Shown here: piece after piece, positions 45,171 through 61,146 of the stretch
Layout of the letters: every line of letters begins with the position of its first letter
How positions within the stretch are numbered: the first letter of the stretch is position 1
Position numbers and translations under genes: made by a program
Assembly: GCA_964016885.1 (NCBI GenBank)
Contig: OZ024750.1
Location: forward strand, 20,770,001 to 20,834,000
From: Eledone cirrhosa
Taxonomy: Eukaryota
DNA length: 64,000 bases
Direction: 5' to 3'
Notes under the pieces: model-generated
What the model was told of the DNA's origin: nothing
The model's input: only the letters and a program-made list of their open reading frames with translations
The model's database searches: none

Positions 45171-45950
45171 ATAACAATTATAAAGTTAGAAAAAATAGTA
45201 GACCGTAGATATATAACTATTTTTTCTTCAATGTCCCGAGTGGTTAATGTCGACAACACACAATCTCACATACTTGTGAAAAAGTATATGTGTATATATA
45301 CATGTGTATGTATGTATGTATGCACATATATGTGTGTACCTCTCATTATTGTCTCAAACTCCCTCACGGTAGAGTAACCACGGAAGTATAGTAACTGCTT
45401 TCAAGCAAACACTATAAACATTTTCAGTCAACCTACCACCCCACTTTAGCCTCTGTATCATATCAATATCCCCCTCCGCCTTCTGCGATATTTTTCACTG
45501 CTACAAGGGATTTAGTCCCCTTTCTTGACCGGTGTATCACGTGATAGAGTCTCCCTCTGACTTTTTGAGATTTTCTCGCATGCTACGGATGTATTTAGAA
45601 GCGCTCTTTGCCCGGGGTATTCCCTTGAAAAGCTGGCTTACCTCACAACAATGTTGCATCTCTATGATGTAACATTTTTGCATACTGACCAGCGAAACTG
45701 TACAGTCGAGACATTGAAGAAAAAATAGGTATATATCTGAGTCTACTATTTATTCTTACTTTATAATTGTTACATAGCTCTGATATCGATTCAATTTCAT
45801 TATTTCGATTATCTTGCCTTTCATAATCATAGAGCAACACTGGTTAAGGTCGGCAACGCACAATCTCACATACTTATGAAAAAGTATATGTGTATATATA
45901 CATAGGTATGTATGTATGCACATATATGTGTGTACCTCTGATTATTATAT
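45171..45950. mobile_element. Complex PLE-like locus: inverted arm, decayed hammerhead and ~110-bp direct duplication
   Basis: 45171-45238 is inverted at ~45706-45772; GAAA ctgtacag TC gaga at ~45693-45711; 45240-45350 is repeated at ~45840-45946. Confidence 0.65.
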
Positions 45951-46061
45951 ATGTATATATATGGGTATGTATGTATAGGGATATACTCGTTCTATTTAAG
46001 TCTCTATGTATATAGATATATATATGCAGGTATATGTATTTTTATACATATATATATAAGG

Positions 46062-46099
<38 letters not shown>

Positions 46100-47009
46100 G
46101 TACTTATAAATATGTGTGAATGTGCGTGTTGCTAGATAGAGACAGCGGGGGAAAGAAGTATATATACAAAGATAAACGGCCTAATTACAGTTAGTAATGA
46201 GGTATTCAAGAGTATTTCTAAAACAAAACAATAATTAATACCCCCCCCCCCCCCACACACACACACACACAAAAAAAATTAAAACAGAAATAATTTCAAA
46301 AAACAAAATCAATGAAATCAATAAATTTTCAAAATCTGAACACTAGTAAAAAATACATTGGAAATTTATGAATAAATCATATGATAAAAGAATTAATTGC
46401 CAGGTCAATACAACAGTATTGGCGGTAAACCATTTTATTCAAGAATATTAAATGTAAAATAAAAAAATGTTTTATGCTGAATTTCAAATATATGGCAAAT
46501 ATTATTGAGGGGAAACTTGCTATAACATGATTTAAAATGTTTATTTAAGTTGTTTAAAATGTCTGAAATTCAAATGGAAATGAGGAATTTACTAACAAAA
46601 ATGTTGACAATCTAAAATTATTATAATATACACTCACATATACATGCGCCAAAACGGGAACATGGACAGACGAACATACATTCAAAGAAAGATAGTCTCA
46701 CAGACATAATATGCATATATATATGTATATATATATTTCGTTGACAAATATATCAATATGCCCAGACATGTAGATATATTGCCCTTGGTACCCTCTCCTA
46801 ACCTCTTTATCATCTATTGCACCATTTAAGTTATACATTTTTGGTGTAATTTTTAATTTTTAAACTTTTAACACATTTTATGACATTATGTGCCTCATGA
46901 ATTCTTTTTCCATATAGCCCTGGCTTCGGGACCCCCCTGCTGGTCATATAACCTTGTTCTGGTGACGCAGCTCGATGGAGCATGCAACTACTGATATACT
47001 CATTTTTAT

Positions 47010-47058
47010 AGGCTCTGAGGATCCCTGCCATGGTGTATGGACGAAACACTGTTAGCTA
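47010..47058 (+). ncRNA. Type I hammerhead ribozyme motif, intact core
   Basis: ggct CTGAGGA tcc..gga c GAAA cactg TT agct; followed by aataaa and ~45 nt running into (TA)n. Confidence 0.78.
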
Positions 47059-47269
47059 ATAAAACAATGTATTTTTAAGCACTCTTTGGTTATCCCTATA
47101 ACTAATATATATATTTATATATATATATATATATATATATAAACAGGTATATAAACATATATACATACATATATACATTTATATATACATATATATATAT
47201 ACATATATGTATATATACATATGTATATATACATATATAGTTAGGGAAGCAGGAAATTGCTTCTATATA

Positions 47270-48088
<819 letters not shown>

Positions 48089-48116
48089 TAATAATTTGTT
48101 AAATTATAATACCAGA

Positions 48117-48150
<34 letters not shown>

Positions 48151-48391
48151 GTATGTATGTTCTTCTGGTTTTATAATTTAACAAATTGTTTCTATTAGAG
48201 AGAGAGAGTCGATTTCTAACATGGTTACAAGACTCCCATTTGAATTTACGCAACATCAACTAGGTAGATATGTATGCATGCATGCATGTGTGTGCAGGTG
48301 TGGATGTAATTGTATGGGTGGATGTGTATGTTTTGAGTTGTATGTTTGCATGTGCATACGCTTTGTTTCTGTACATGTGTATACGCAGTTA

Positions 48392-48745
48392 TTAGATACC
48401 AAATGTTTGGAATGCTTTACATATTTGTACTGTTGCATTAATGGATTGTACTTGTAGTTTCCAAACTAGTCGTGTTCCTTCTGTTTTTGTGAAGCCCAGC
48501 TTCTCAATATTTGTATTAAGGCAGTTATTATCATATCCCAATGTGCCAGGGTAGAGTATCTCCAGATTTTTCATTAGTTCTGCATAAATATTCTCCTTTT
48601 CGCTAATCTTTAATATTATATTGTAATCTGCTGCGCAGCTAACTTCCACTACGGTGCATGCCTTCTTTTCCCTGTCCCATATCTGGTCTGTTATGCCTGC
48701 ACTTTATTGGGGTTTTTACAGAAACATTTCACAAGTACTCTTTCA
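48392..48745 (-). pseudogene. C-terminal restriction-like endonuclease region of an R4/Dong-like non-LTR retrotransposon, decayed
   Basis: Translation VKTPIKCRHNRPD/IWDREKKACTVVEVSCAADYNIILKISEKENIYAELMKNLEILYP..GTLGY..LQVQSINATVQICKAF: RPD..D..E..K..Y pattern with deletions. Confidence 0.8.
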
Positions 48746-49247
48746 TATTATGTATATATGTATGTCTTCCACGTTGATGTAGCTTTTAATGTGTTTGTCA
48801 TCGGGGCTATACTTTATGAAAAACAGTCAAAGAGAGTTTAAGAACACATTTAATTACTAACGGTCGTTTCATCCAAACACATGGCCGGAATAATCTGTAT
48901 ATAGATGTGTGTGTCTATTGGTGTTTTCATCGTAGCTTGTCGTACATGAAGACTCAATATCTTTAATGGTGTATTGGAAAGATAGATGTATTAATATTCT
49001 TGCATCATTGTCAAGTTGGTGTTTCTCTGATGAAGCTGAGCAAACGCAATGTTTGCTGAAACAATGTAGCATCGTTTTCAGCATATTAATGTATTTCCCC
49101 ATATAATCCCATACCTGTATATCTAAACCTACAATTTCTGTCATTTGACGTGACTACCGGTGAAACCATGAAATATTTTGTTAAGTGATTTCTTGTAGAA
49201 TTCTATTTTACGTATATATATACACACAAAATACATTATGCCCATAC

Positions 49248-49286
<39 letters not shown>

Positions 49287-49589
49287 GTATGTATTTATTT
49301 GTGTGTGAACGTGTTCGTTTATACACCATATATGTACACATGAAATCGTATATATATATATATATATAGCGTCTGTTTAGCAATATAATTAACTTCAAGA
49401 AGTAGAAAGTTCAAGCATATAGATACGTAATATTTGTAGACATGCACTTCAGCAAAACTCGGCATAATGAGACGAGGCATACACAGACAGTCACATACCT
49501 ACTTTATAAAAAGAAAGTATCTCAGAAATATCTTAATCAATATGAATCAAATGTGCAGACATATATATATTCTTATACATTTGATTAAA

Positions 49590-50050
49590 GTATATTTATA
49601 CATTCATAAATATTTGAAACAAGTAAAATCATACATATCCATATGAATAAAATAAATACAGACATCCATCTATTCATATACACACGAGTCATGTGAATGC
49701 ATGCATGCGTACATACATACCTACACATTTTTATCAAGTAAAACATACATTCATATCTAGTTGAATAAAAAAAAAAAAAATATCCATGCCTATATACATA
49801 CATAGAAATATTCAAAACAGTTGAATGAAGTAAAGCCAGACATACATACATATTTGAGTAAATAAAAACAGACATGTATTAATTTACATTCAGTCGAATC
49901 AAGAAGCAGATAGACGTACATACAAAAATATTTGAACATGTAAAAGCAGACATATCCATTCATATGCAGTCGAATAGAAAAGAGACATATGTAAATACAT
50001 TCATATACGTAAATTCGAATCAAGTAGAAGCCGACATACATTCATTCATA
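49590..50050. repeat. Degenerate ~55-60-bp tandem repeat
   Basis: Recurrent catacattcatat, agtcgaatcaagtaa and gcagacat motifs. Confidence 0.6.
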
Positions 50051-50076
50051 TACACTCTAATCTAATCATGTGTCTT

Positions 50077-50140
<64 letters not shown>

Positions 50141-50750
50141 AAGACTCTCTCTCTCTCTCACACACACATCATATATATATATATATATTAGCATGTCACA
50201 AAATATAGACACAATGACAAAAAGAAAGAAATGGAAAAGAAAACAATATGCTACGTATGTAAAGATCCGTTGCCGGAAATCTACTGAACGCTCTAACAGA
50301 TAGTTGCAGAATAGAAACTCAAAACAAAATGATTACACTCAGTCACAGTTGCACACAAATATATACACTCATACATACGTGCGCATACACGCGCCACCCA
50401 TAGATTCGTGTATAACAATCGCAGAAACACGTACTTATATAAATATGCTGAATTGGTCCGTTAGACAATAGCTTACTGAAATGTCTGTAATTTTACATAA
50501 AATTTGACAAGTTATTAAGTACTGGGAGCATTGAGAAGGATTTTCGAAGAAGCTATTCAGTAGTTGTAAGCATGTCCAAAATGTAAGTGGTATATGAATG
50601 GTAGGTTGTTGGTATGAATCCATATACCAGATGGTGTAACTGGTACAGTCGTTTAAGAAGGATTAAGTATAACATTGGTATTTGTCCAAGATTGCTATAC
50701 ACTGATTTCAAATCAAGCTTTACTGAATTGGCCGTTCATCCTTTCGAGGT

Positions 50751-50790
<40 letters not shown>

Positions 50791-51523
50791 CTAGATCAGT
50801 ATAGAGGTCAACTCTTGCACTATCCCTCTTTATTACATACGCTAGTTCGCATATTCTCTTTCGTCTATACCGTATAAAGACACAGCATATGCTCTCCAGG
50901 TTTCACGTCCCTATTGGATAATTTGGCGAACTTGAGCTTACATTCATTAAACATTCACAATTCGCTCTACGTTTTATGAAAACATGATTATATATCTAAT
51001 ATTATTAATATAAATTAGACGAAGAAAATCAATAATATGCAATGTTCTTTTATTGATTAAATATTTTACTAGTTTCACTAAATAGACAATACCAATTCAA
51101 GGGATGTCGTCGTCCGTATTTTCCCATAATCGAGTATCCATATATCAGATGTAGCTCTTTTTTCTCAATCTATTTTTACAAAAATATAACGCTACGTACC
51201 TACACACATTCGCATGCGGTAACACACACATTTATGAAACAGAGGAATAGCACCATTTAACGTCAGTTTCGACGATATATATTCCAGATTTCTGATGTAC
51301 AGAAGTAACTTGTAAATAGCTGAGCATTCCCAAGACTGTGTACATTTAATGTAATTCTCAAATAGATTCGGCGTGGCAAAGTATGTTAAAAAGTTGGATC
51401 ATTGTATTATAGCGTCTGTCCATCCGACAGACTTCCAAACAGTTTCCATCTACCAAAAAGTATCTCAGAAGGCATAAACATATATAGAATGATGTATCTT
51501 AGCATGAATTTAACTTGCCACAC

Positions 51524-51585
<62 letters not shown>

Positions 51586-51587
<2 letters not shown>

Positions 51588-51787
51588 CGAAGGAAATGTG
51601 GTAAGGAACCAGGTGGACCATAACGCACCAAAGTACTCAATACTTAGGGTAGTAGAGTGGATAATAGGAACGAGTAGCACCCTGACGGCTGAGCTCAAGC
51701 CGTTTCGACGGCTAATTCTGGACTAAATTTTAGTCCAGAATTAGCCGTCAAAACGGCTTGAGCTCAGCCGTCGGGGTCCTACTCGTT

Positions 51788-51792
<5 letters not shown>
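51586..51792 (-). mobile_element. Family A element, longest arms (~64 bp)
   Basis: Arms 51664-51727 and 51729-51792; (TA)n on both sides. Confidence 0.82.
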
Positions 51793-51834
<42 letters not shown>

Positions 51835-52799
51835 TGTCTTATACTGTATATATAAGATATAAATATAAGACAGTGAAACATATGTAATATTTTATTAAAT
51901 ATCTTATGGTGCAACACTGATTCTTTGTTCGTTTATACTTATACGATTTACTCTACTCTGCGCGAGCATCGAGTGCTCACCCGGCATACCACCTACAGAC
52001 GCATTTTTCTAGCACCTATATATAAATATATATATATATATATAAGCATATATGTATGTACTTATGTGTGTTTGTGTGTGTGTATATAGTATGTCTTTTT
52101 CAGTGAGTTCTTTACTCTTCCACAGTGCCTACGAATTAACAATTGAACCAATTACACAGGCCTTTCAAGACTGATTGTTAAATCAGTTCAATGTTTAGTG
52201 TGTGAGGTGTTGACCAGGTTACCAAGCTACTAATCACACCAGTAATTAATTATGTTAGCTACCAATAATTTGTTTATTGAGGTTGTAATTAATTGATGAA
52301 GATGTGCTACGTCAATTTAATTTCTCATCGCTAATTGTGAATAAGTAATATAAGGTTAACTTTTCCTTTTATTTCCAAAGAGTAAGATTGGAGACGATTA
52401 TGAAGGAGGCCAGGCAAATATTTTGGTGTACGTATTATATATAATACATATATATGTATTATATATAATACATATATAACCCATGCTAGCGTGGAAGAAC
52501 GGACGTAAAACAGTGATGATGATGATGATGATGATATATATAATACGTATTATAAACCATATTCTAGGAACTAACTATGTACGTACTATATATATAGACG
52601 TTTGTGTGCCTATATATAGAAACATATAAGTATGAACATATCCTTACTCTGAGACACAGACACTCATGTACACCCACACAGACACAGAAAAACACACACC
52701 CGCTCTCAGGCACACACAGACACATATACATAGAAATGCTTACGTGCACACAGCAACAGACTTATTCACCCAGATAAACACATGGATGGTGTAGGACAA

Positions 52800-52998
52800 A
52801 AGAAAAGGAGAGACACGGAAAATAAAAACATAGACACTGAGGATGTCACAGAATGTGAGACGAAAGAGCTTTGACAATACATAAACAACCTTCCGGTTAT
52901 CGAAGTAAACAACCAACCGGAAATTTGAAATAAATTGGAGTGGAAACCAACAGGTGCGTGTGTTTTTATTGGCAACATGACCCTCCTAAAGTATAACA
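52800..52998 (+). mobile_element. PLE-like 3' end with hammerhead motif at 52833-52875; decayed relative at ~40525-40595 (minus)
   Basis: gaca CTGAGGA tgtcacagaatgtgagac GAAA gagc TT tgac; runs into (TA)n. Confidence 0.65.
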
Positions 52999-55900
52999 AT
53001 ATATATATATATATATCCATACACATAGAGGCTGTCCCAAAAGTTACTATCTATTTTGTGATATTTATTGCTATTCACTATAGTAAGCTTTGAAGCTCCT
53101 TGTATGCATATATGCGTGGGACTGTGTATGGGATTTCAATAGGCGTAATGTAGGTCAACACAGAACACAATTTCGCTAATTTAGCTTTTCATGTTTGTTG
53201 TAATTAAGATTACATTTTTTTCAAATTGGAGTTAGGTGGTGGCTGAATCCAGTTCTTAAAGATCTGCTGAACCTGTAATACACAGAAGAAACTCACGATT
53301 AGGAGGTTACTGGATTCTAATTTCTCTACACATGAATTAATGCATATATATATTTCCTGCCCACCGTGGGGAAGATGGTGAATGCACTACCGCTGAGGAT
53401 AAGCTTATCAATATCAACGGATATATATAATAGGGAATGGAACGCAGGATATAAGGTAATGCAATTATGTTCGGATTTCAATCTAATTAATCCAACACTG
53501 CCAACCTACATCATAAGAACATCACTGTACAATATATAGCATTAGTCAGACTGAAACATATTTGTTATAATTAAAATAACACAATTTTATAGAAGCGCAA
53601 ACGCCATTACATTTATCACACATAGTATAAATAATCTTCTCAATTATAGACAAGAGCGATGATTAGAAGATGAGCCAATTTTTTTACGTACTTTGTTGAT
53701 TTCCTTTACTGTTACATCGGTATTATTTGAGAAATCTGAAGAATGAAATTCTGTATCATATATCTTAACTAACCTTCTCTTTCTGTATAGTAAATCTGTT
53801 TATTCACAACTATATTCGTTTTCTAAATTGCCCTCGTTTATCATGAAGCAGACATATAAGGTCTCTGCATTGTAAATTATCACAAAACTCGTCAATTCCC
53901 AGCTAGTTCCTATTATTAGTTCTTTTATGTAATGGTATGTCTATCTATTTTCTAGTTTCTATTTTCTTGGTTAATTCGTAGAAACTGAAGTAAATTTTGT
54001 TTGAACATCATCCATCACTTGCACATCCTAATCAGGGCTGGATTCCTAATCAAAAGCTAAGTTGGAGGTGTCTAACTATTTGGGTCATATAATTTATTAC
54101 AATCATCTTTCGAAAAGACGCATGGCCTCGGTGCTTAGATCATTGGGCTCTAATCATAAAGATCATGGGTTCCATTCAGGACGTAGTGGCGAGTTGTATC
54201 CTTGAGTATGAATCTTCATTTCACGTTGCGTCAATCCTTCTCGAAAAGCATGGATATGCCTTGTAATCTCAAACACGTAATGCCTGTCAAACCAAATAAG
54301 AACTCGATTTCTTCAAACACATGCAATCATGAAAAATGTGACGTAAAACGATAACTTTGGGATTATAATTACATTCAGGCGTCTGCAAGCTGACGGACTT
54401 TCGATTATTCTCACATACTAACTGATGGTTACAACCTTGAACATATCTTAGCTAGATTAGCATTTTTCCTTCAGTGTATTACCATTTAAATATTATGGCC
54501 AAATATATACTTTAGTGTTTGGAATCTGATATGAAGTGTTTTACGTCTAATTGATATCCTGACATATTATCAAGCCTACAATTTGCAACTCATATGTTAC
54601 TGTTGTTATTGTTATTTAAATATAAAGATATCCCGACAGCGTTCCACCCATTACAATTATCACCTTATTTTCAAGCTGTGTAACTTAGTCTATATTAATT
54701 ATTTAGTTCTGTTGTTGAAAACAATGGTGTGGTATATACAGCGTGCGTGTAAGAACATTCTCCATGCTTGTGGAGCCCATAAAATGTTCCCTACTAGTTA
54801 CGGGTTCCTTTTGAGGCAATGTTTTACAGCTGGATTCTCTTCTTTTCGCCAAATTTCCACTTGCCATCATGATAGACATATACTGTGAAACAATTCTAAA
54901 ATGGATACACATAAGCATAGTATACACTAGATAGATAAATGGTTGCTTTCTCTAGCAGGCGTGAACGATAATCATATGATGTCAACCTCAGTCACTCCAA
55001 ACAATCCAGTTATACATTTTATATGAGATGATTTATTGGTTTTATAATTTGTTATTTCCACCTATAATATATTAAAATGAAGGCATGAGAAACGTTAAAA
55101 GTCCTTCTCATCATAATAGAAATATATAAGCTTCTTAGCACTGTTGCCACCCTCTATCCTTTTTCATAAATTTCCTCTTTTAAGTGTAATCTGAGTTTTT
55201 CGAATATTAACAATATTCGATTCGTTTGCAATTATGGAAACAGCCTCTTTTTAAGACATATCAGTAGAATGAGCCCGTTGTTCTTGCTCTTGTATTGGCA
55301 TGCAAACAGAACTGCAGACACGAATGTTTTCGTGTGATTATCCTTCATCAATACAATATACTGCTTACCTGACAACTGTCAGAGCTATGATATTTTCTGA
55401 AATATACAGTGACTGATAGGCTTAGATGTTTAGATATTGTTTGCGTCTCATTTATGAATAGAAGGAAAATTGACAGCAGTGTTACATCGTCGTAGGGAAC
55501 GACTTACCTTAAGCTTTACATAATGTGGCATTGTGAATTTAAATATAGCTGGCTCCTCTTTGCTTTTCATTATTCCAGCGTTGGTAATTTATCTCATTAT
55601 GGCAGTGGACTGGCAGAATAATTACATGGTCAGAGAAACCTTGCAGTAATTGTTCAGCTCTTTGCGTTCTAAGTTTTACTTCTGTTATGGCCTACTTTAG
55701 TTGTTGGATTAACCTGTCATCGGTTTAAGAAGGCGACTTCGCATTTAGATGTATTTAATGAAACACACAATGCTGCATACATTCTCCTTATCAGATCTTA
55801 AAAGCGTGATTTCACTGATTAATTGATAAAAAAGACGTGTTAGTTTTGTTTCATCTCATATGTTCCTGACTAGAATCCTTGCCTGCATTCACCCAATCGT

Positions 55901-58003
55901 TGTATCTTGTTTGGTTTTTTTATTTTGCCAGCCATATTGGATAGGAATAGTCGTGATCTTAGTTATTTTAATTCTCTTTGTTGACATCATCTCTGTTTCC
56001 TGTGATACCATGATATTTTGAAGATTTACAGCAGAAACGTTTAATCGAGTCAGCTTTTAGCTGATAGCTGAACGCGTTTGATCTCCGTTGAATTCGGAAT
56101 TTACAACATATCATCTGATGTATATTTTCCCCTAAACGCCCAACGCTCTTTTTATATTATTTCTGTGCCTTTCATCTTTCATTAAATCCGTGTAAGTCAA
56201 TTCAATTACCAATAATCTTCACCTTGAAAAATACGTAAATCTACAATCCTATTTTAATATCTAAGTTGATTTTAACCAAATTGCTTTCACTCCAACTCTG
56301 GGGATTTTCAACTCCCAAACTATAATAGATCATATAAATGCGTTTTATTTTACAACAAATCACAAAATATATCATCTACAGAAATTATCATCTAGAAGCT
56401 ATTTTATCTATAATTTTCTTCAACACAAAAGCATATTTGGCAACTCAATGAAGATATTTGTTTTTAATGGTTTTCGCTTCGAAAATATATGTGCAACCTT
56501 CCCTCGTTGCGATTCACCTGTTTCTCAGCTTTCATATTATAAACGTACATTTCATATAAGTAAATTTTATATAAGGTACCGACATTATTGCATCACATAC
56601 ATGCAAAGACGACTGCTAACTTTATGAATCACAAAGACCAAAAGGTCAGATGACAGATACTAGTTCCCATACTTGCGATATACAAGTACAATCTGAGCCG
56701 ATAGCTTGTTGACCCAGGAATCACATTTATTTTAATACTGTTTCTTCAAATGATAGACAGAAATTTAGAGGGATGGATGGATGTATACCGAGATGTGTAG
56801 ATAGAAAAATGGGTTAATGATGGTATATTGAGCAATGAAAGATTTAATAGATGAATGCGTTTATGAATGAATAGATTACTACAGCAGCGGAGGATAAATA
56901 GAGCGATAAATAAATAGGTATATGACGGTGATAGTGGATGGATGGAGAAAATGATGAAAATATATGTGAATGGATATATATATATATATATATATATAAA
57001 AGGCAGCGCTTGAAGGATAAATAGACAGACAGTTAAATGTGAGAAGAATGGATGGATACATAGATGGATATTTGTAAACTGCATCATAAAACCAAGTAAC
57101 TGATATCCTGCAATATACAATAGTTGACGAAAAGTAGAAGTGACACGAATATATATTTTTACGTATGGAAATCCAACAAAATCGAATTGGTCTACGCAGT
57201 CACAAAATAACAGGACTTAAGTCAAGTTAAGAAAGAATTAAAATTATTCTTGAATAATTCTATATCAGTCTGGTCATGGCAGATATTTTCTAGTAGATCA
57301 CAGCCATGCATCAATTCAATTATAATTAAAGTTTCCAAAAATCCTCCAAATATACATCAGCATCTCTTTCTCTCTCTCTCCCCCTCTCTCCCCCCTCTCC
57401 CTCTCTCACCCTCTCTCTCTCTCCTTATCTCTCTTCTTCACTCTTGTTCTCTCTCTCACTCTCGTTCACTCTTTCACTCTCGTTCTCTCTCTCTCCCCCC
57501 CCTCTCTCTCTCACACGCACACACACTATATATATATATATGTATGTATGTATGTATGTATATTATATATTTATACACACACATACACACATATATATTG
57601 ATATATATAATGTATATATATATATGTATATATGTATAATGTAAAGGGTAAATACATACATTTAAATTCTCATTCTTTCCCATTTATTGTAAGTTCTCCT
57701 TATCCGAACACAGAGAAATATTTTGGTTATAAGTGCAAAATATTTATACATACAATTCTTTTATTCGTCGGTGAATATTCATATTCTACATTTATTCTTG
57801 GTTTTTCAAAGTTTGAGGACTCTTTCAATATTATTAGCTCAGAGAATTGTAAGTATTTTGGTGTTTGATATAGCGTACAACAAGGCAATCTGTGCAAAGG
57901 AACGGGAAAAAGTAATATATCATATTTGCTATTCTCTTTGTACTTTCAACGGGGAAAGTTTTTACAAATTGTCTTTGGCTGTAATATAAAACGTCTTGAA
58001 ACT

Positions 58004-58045
<42 letters not shown>

Positions 58046-58744
58046 GCGTGTGTTTATAGATGCATATCTGTATACATATTGATATACAGATATATAGAAT
58101 GATGTGTGTGGATTGATTATCGATATCATGTTAAAACTAATAAGGGGACAATATTTCTATGAAGAATCCAATGAATTTTAAATACAGCGTACAAGTTTAT
58201 ATAATTTGATTGAGACTGTAAGTAGTAGCTAGTTATTTCCCCTGTGTAACACAGCGTATCTAGATGTTAGTCAGATTGAGCTCTCAAGATACTGCTTTGA
58301 GAAGAGACTAACAATTACATTTATGTACGATCTGAATATATATACGATTAAATATATATGTGTATGATAATTATTGGTTCATCTTGTCAGATTATAGGCG
58401 TCTCAACATCTGCTCAATCATTCCTATAGGTCTATACCCTCCAAACTCTGTTATGTATGTGTTTGCAGGTGTCTATTCGACGTTTCCGTCTTTATTTATA
58501 TTACCTACCTTAGAGGTTTGACAAAGATACATTTCGAAAATAAGTACTTGGGATGATACAATATATTACAAATCTTGAGCTGGTGACCATGCGTGTCCAG
58601 AAACTAATTACAGCAATATATATATATATATATATATATATCCAGGGAGTGTACAATGAAGTTACTGTAGGTTCACTCAGGTGAGCACTCAATACTTAGA
58701 TTCTCGTCTGTAGCGAGCTGTAGTGCTAAACAGAGTGTAGATAT

Positions 58745-58942
58745 AATAATATAAGGGCGATTTGTTATGCCTTCATTACGTTTACTTATTGGTGACGCAC
58801 GTTACACCAGTAGTCCGACGTGCTATTGATTCCAGAGTCGGGTCACGTCGATACAGATCGAACCTTGAGCTGATCAATAGCAAAACACGCGTCACAAATA
58901 AATAACCGTAATGAAGGCTTAACATATCGTCATTGTATTATT
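58745..58942. mobile_element. About 195-bp MITE-like foldback
   Basis: cgatttgttatgccttcattacgtttacttattggtgacgc pairs with gcgtcacaaataaataaccgtaatgaaggcttaacatatcg; inner tgctattgat/atcaatagca. Confidence 0.72.
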
Positions 58943-59105
58943 ACCATTATTATTATTAAGGGCGGTGGCTTGTCAGTATAGGTAGAGTGTCGGACGCTCT
59001 GCTCTGTAGCATAGAGCTGAATCCCTTTACGGTCTGGGTTCAAACCATAAAATAAGGTCCCAATAATGCACTGGGATAATTGCTGGCCTTGTGCCAAAAG
59101 TAGAA

Positions 59106-59161
<56 letters not shown>

Positions 59162-59619
59162 TAAAATTACTATATATATATATATATATATATTTATTAA
59201 AATTACTATATATATATACATATAATTAGTTCGATAAAAGCTGTGACAAATCGTCTTATGAATTGTGCCTGTAATTCACACGTCCAGACTTATCACACTT
59301 CGCGCTATTCTTGATTATGCCTAGGAAATAAAATACTCATCCACAATTACATCCTCATCTACAATTAATACCAGATGGGTTGTGAATGTAACAAAAACAT
59401 CTACTATCACATATTGTGCCACTGCCAGAGAATAATATGGTGACTCCAGGTAACTGTTAAATGCACAGCTGTTTACACGTAAGTTTATCAGTTGAAAGTT
59501 TATCGATCGTGTGAATGCGCACGTCTCTACATATATACCTCCTTTAAACACACATCGTTGTATGTATACATACATGTATGTACACACATTAACACACGCA
59601 CACAGACGTACAGACGCAC

Positions 59620-59679
<60 letters not shown>

Positions 59680-59728
59680 TATATATATATATACACATAT
59701 ATATATACACACACATATATACACATAT

Positions 59729-59785
<57 letters not shown>

Positions 59786-59813
59786 GATAGATAGATATAT
59801 GAAACTATGTATG

Positions 59814-59849
<36 letters not shown>

Positions 59850-59871
59850 CATACATACATAGATTCATATA

Positions 59872-59905
<34 letters not shown>

Positions 59906-60069
59906 CATGAATTCATATATATATCTATATATATATATATATATACATACATGAATTCATATATATATCTATATATATATATATATATATACATACATGA
60001 ATTCATATATATATCTATATATATATATATATATATACATACATAAATTCATATATATATTTATCTATC

Positions 60070-60111
<42 letters not shown>

Positions 60112-61077
60112 ACTACACATACATAAATTCATATATATATATATATATACACACATACATAAATTCTATAATGGAAATAACGTTGAACGTTTGCTTATTG
60201 TACAATATATACACCACCCGCCACAAATCAAACTTACTACTACTATACACTGAATGTCCAAATAACTATTGTAATTTTCTCATACGTGCGTGAAAATCGT
60301 TGATTGGAAATCTGTTTCCAAATCAAGTCTAAGAGATGAAATTGGTTTCCAAAACTAATCACAGGATTGGATGTAGGCTGTGTGTCATCGTGGAAGTATT
60401 ACTGTCAGAACATCAATCTCCTGATCGTAACTGAATTCAAATAACACGATGGTGGGGGTGAGAACAACGATGGTTATAATAATTATTTCTATTTTTGCAA
60501 CAAGGCCAGCAATTATCCCAGTGCATTACTGATACTTTATTTTATCCACCCCGTAAGGATAAAAGGCAAAGTTAACCTCGGCGTGATTTGAACTCAGACC
60601 ATAGCGGGGGTAACTCTATGCTGCAAAGCATGGCGTCTGATACTGCCAATCCATGGTGATGATGTTGAGGTAGGATTGGGGACGATGTTGATAGATGCTG
60701 ATGGTAATTATAATAATTATGCCGATGATGGTTGCATAGATACTGATTTTGATGAAGTTAATTATGATGATTGTGGGGTTGATAATGGTCGATGTGTGAT
60801 GGTGGTGACGATGACAACAACGAGAAAGATGGGGATAGTTTATGATGTAGACGATGATGATAATGACAGTAATTGTTTCTACTTTTGGCACAAGGCCAGC
60901 AATTACTGGTACTTTATTTTATCGACCGTGCAAGGATGAAAGGCAAAGTTAACCTCGGAATAATGCTGAATATAATGATGACATAGATGCTGCAGGTGAA
61001 GTTAATGCTGGGGATGATGGTGAATGCGAATAATTATAACTTATAAGGCAGACAATGGTGATAAATATGTTGGTGCT

Positions 61078-61146
61078 AGTGATTAGCAAAACTAGAAAAC
61101 AGTGATTAGCAAAACTAGATGGCAGTGATTAGCAAAACTAGAAAAC
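61078..61146. repeat. 23-bp tandem repeat, 3 copies
   Basis: agtgattagcaaaactagaaaac at 61078, 61101 and 61124. Confidence 0.9.

Noticed and set aside
53393-53410. CTGAGGA followed by a small hairpin
   Set aside because: No downstream GAAA, stem III or stem I, so not a hammerhead.
60243-60300. Tc1/mariner-like TIR start (tacactgaatgtccaaa); similar motif at ~53027
   Set aside because: No matching opposite TIR or transposase remnant was found.
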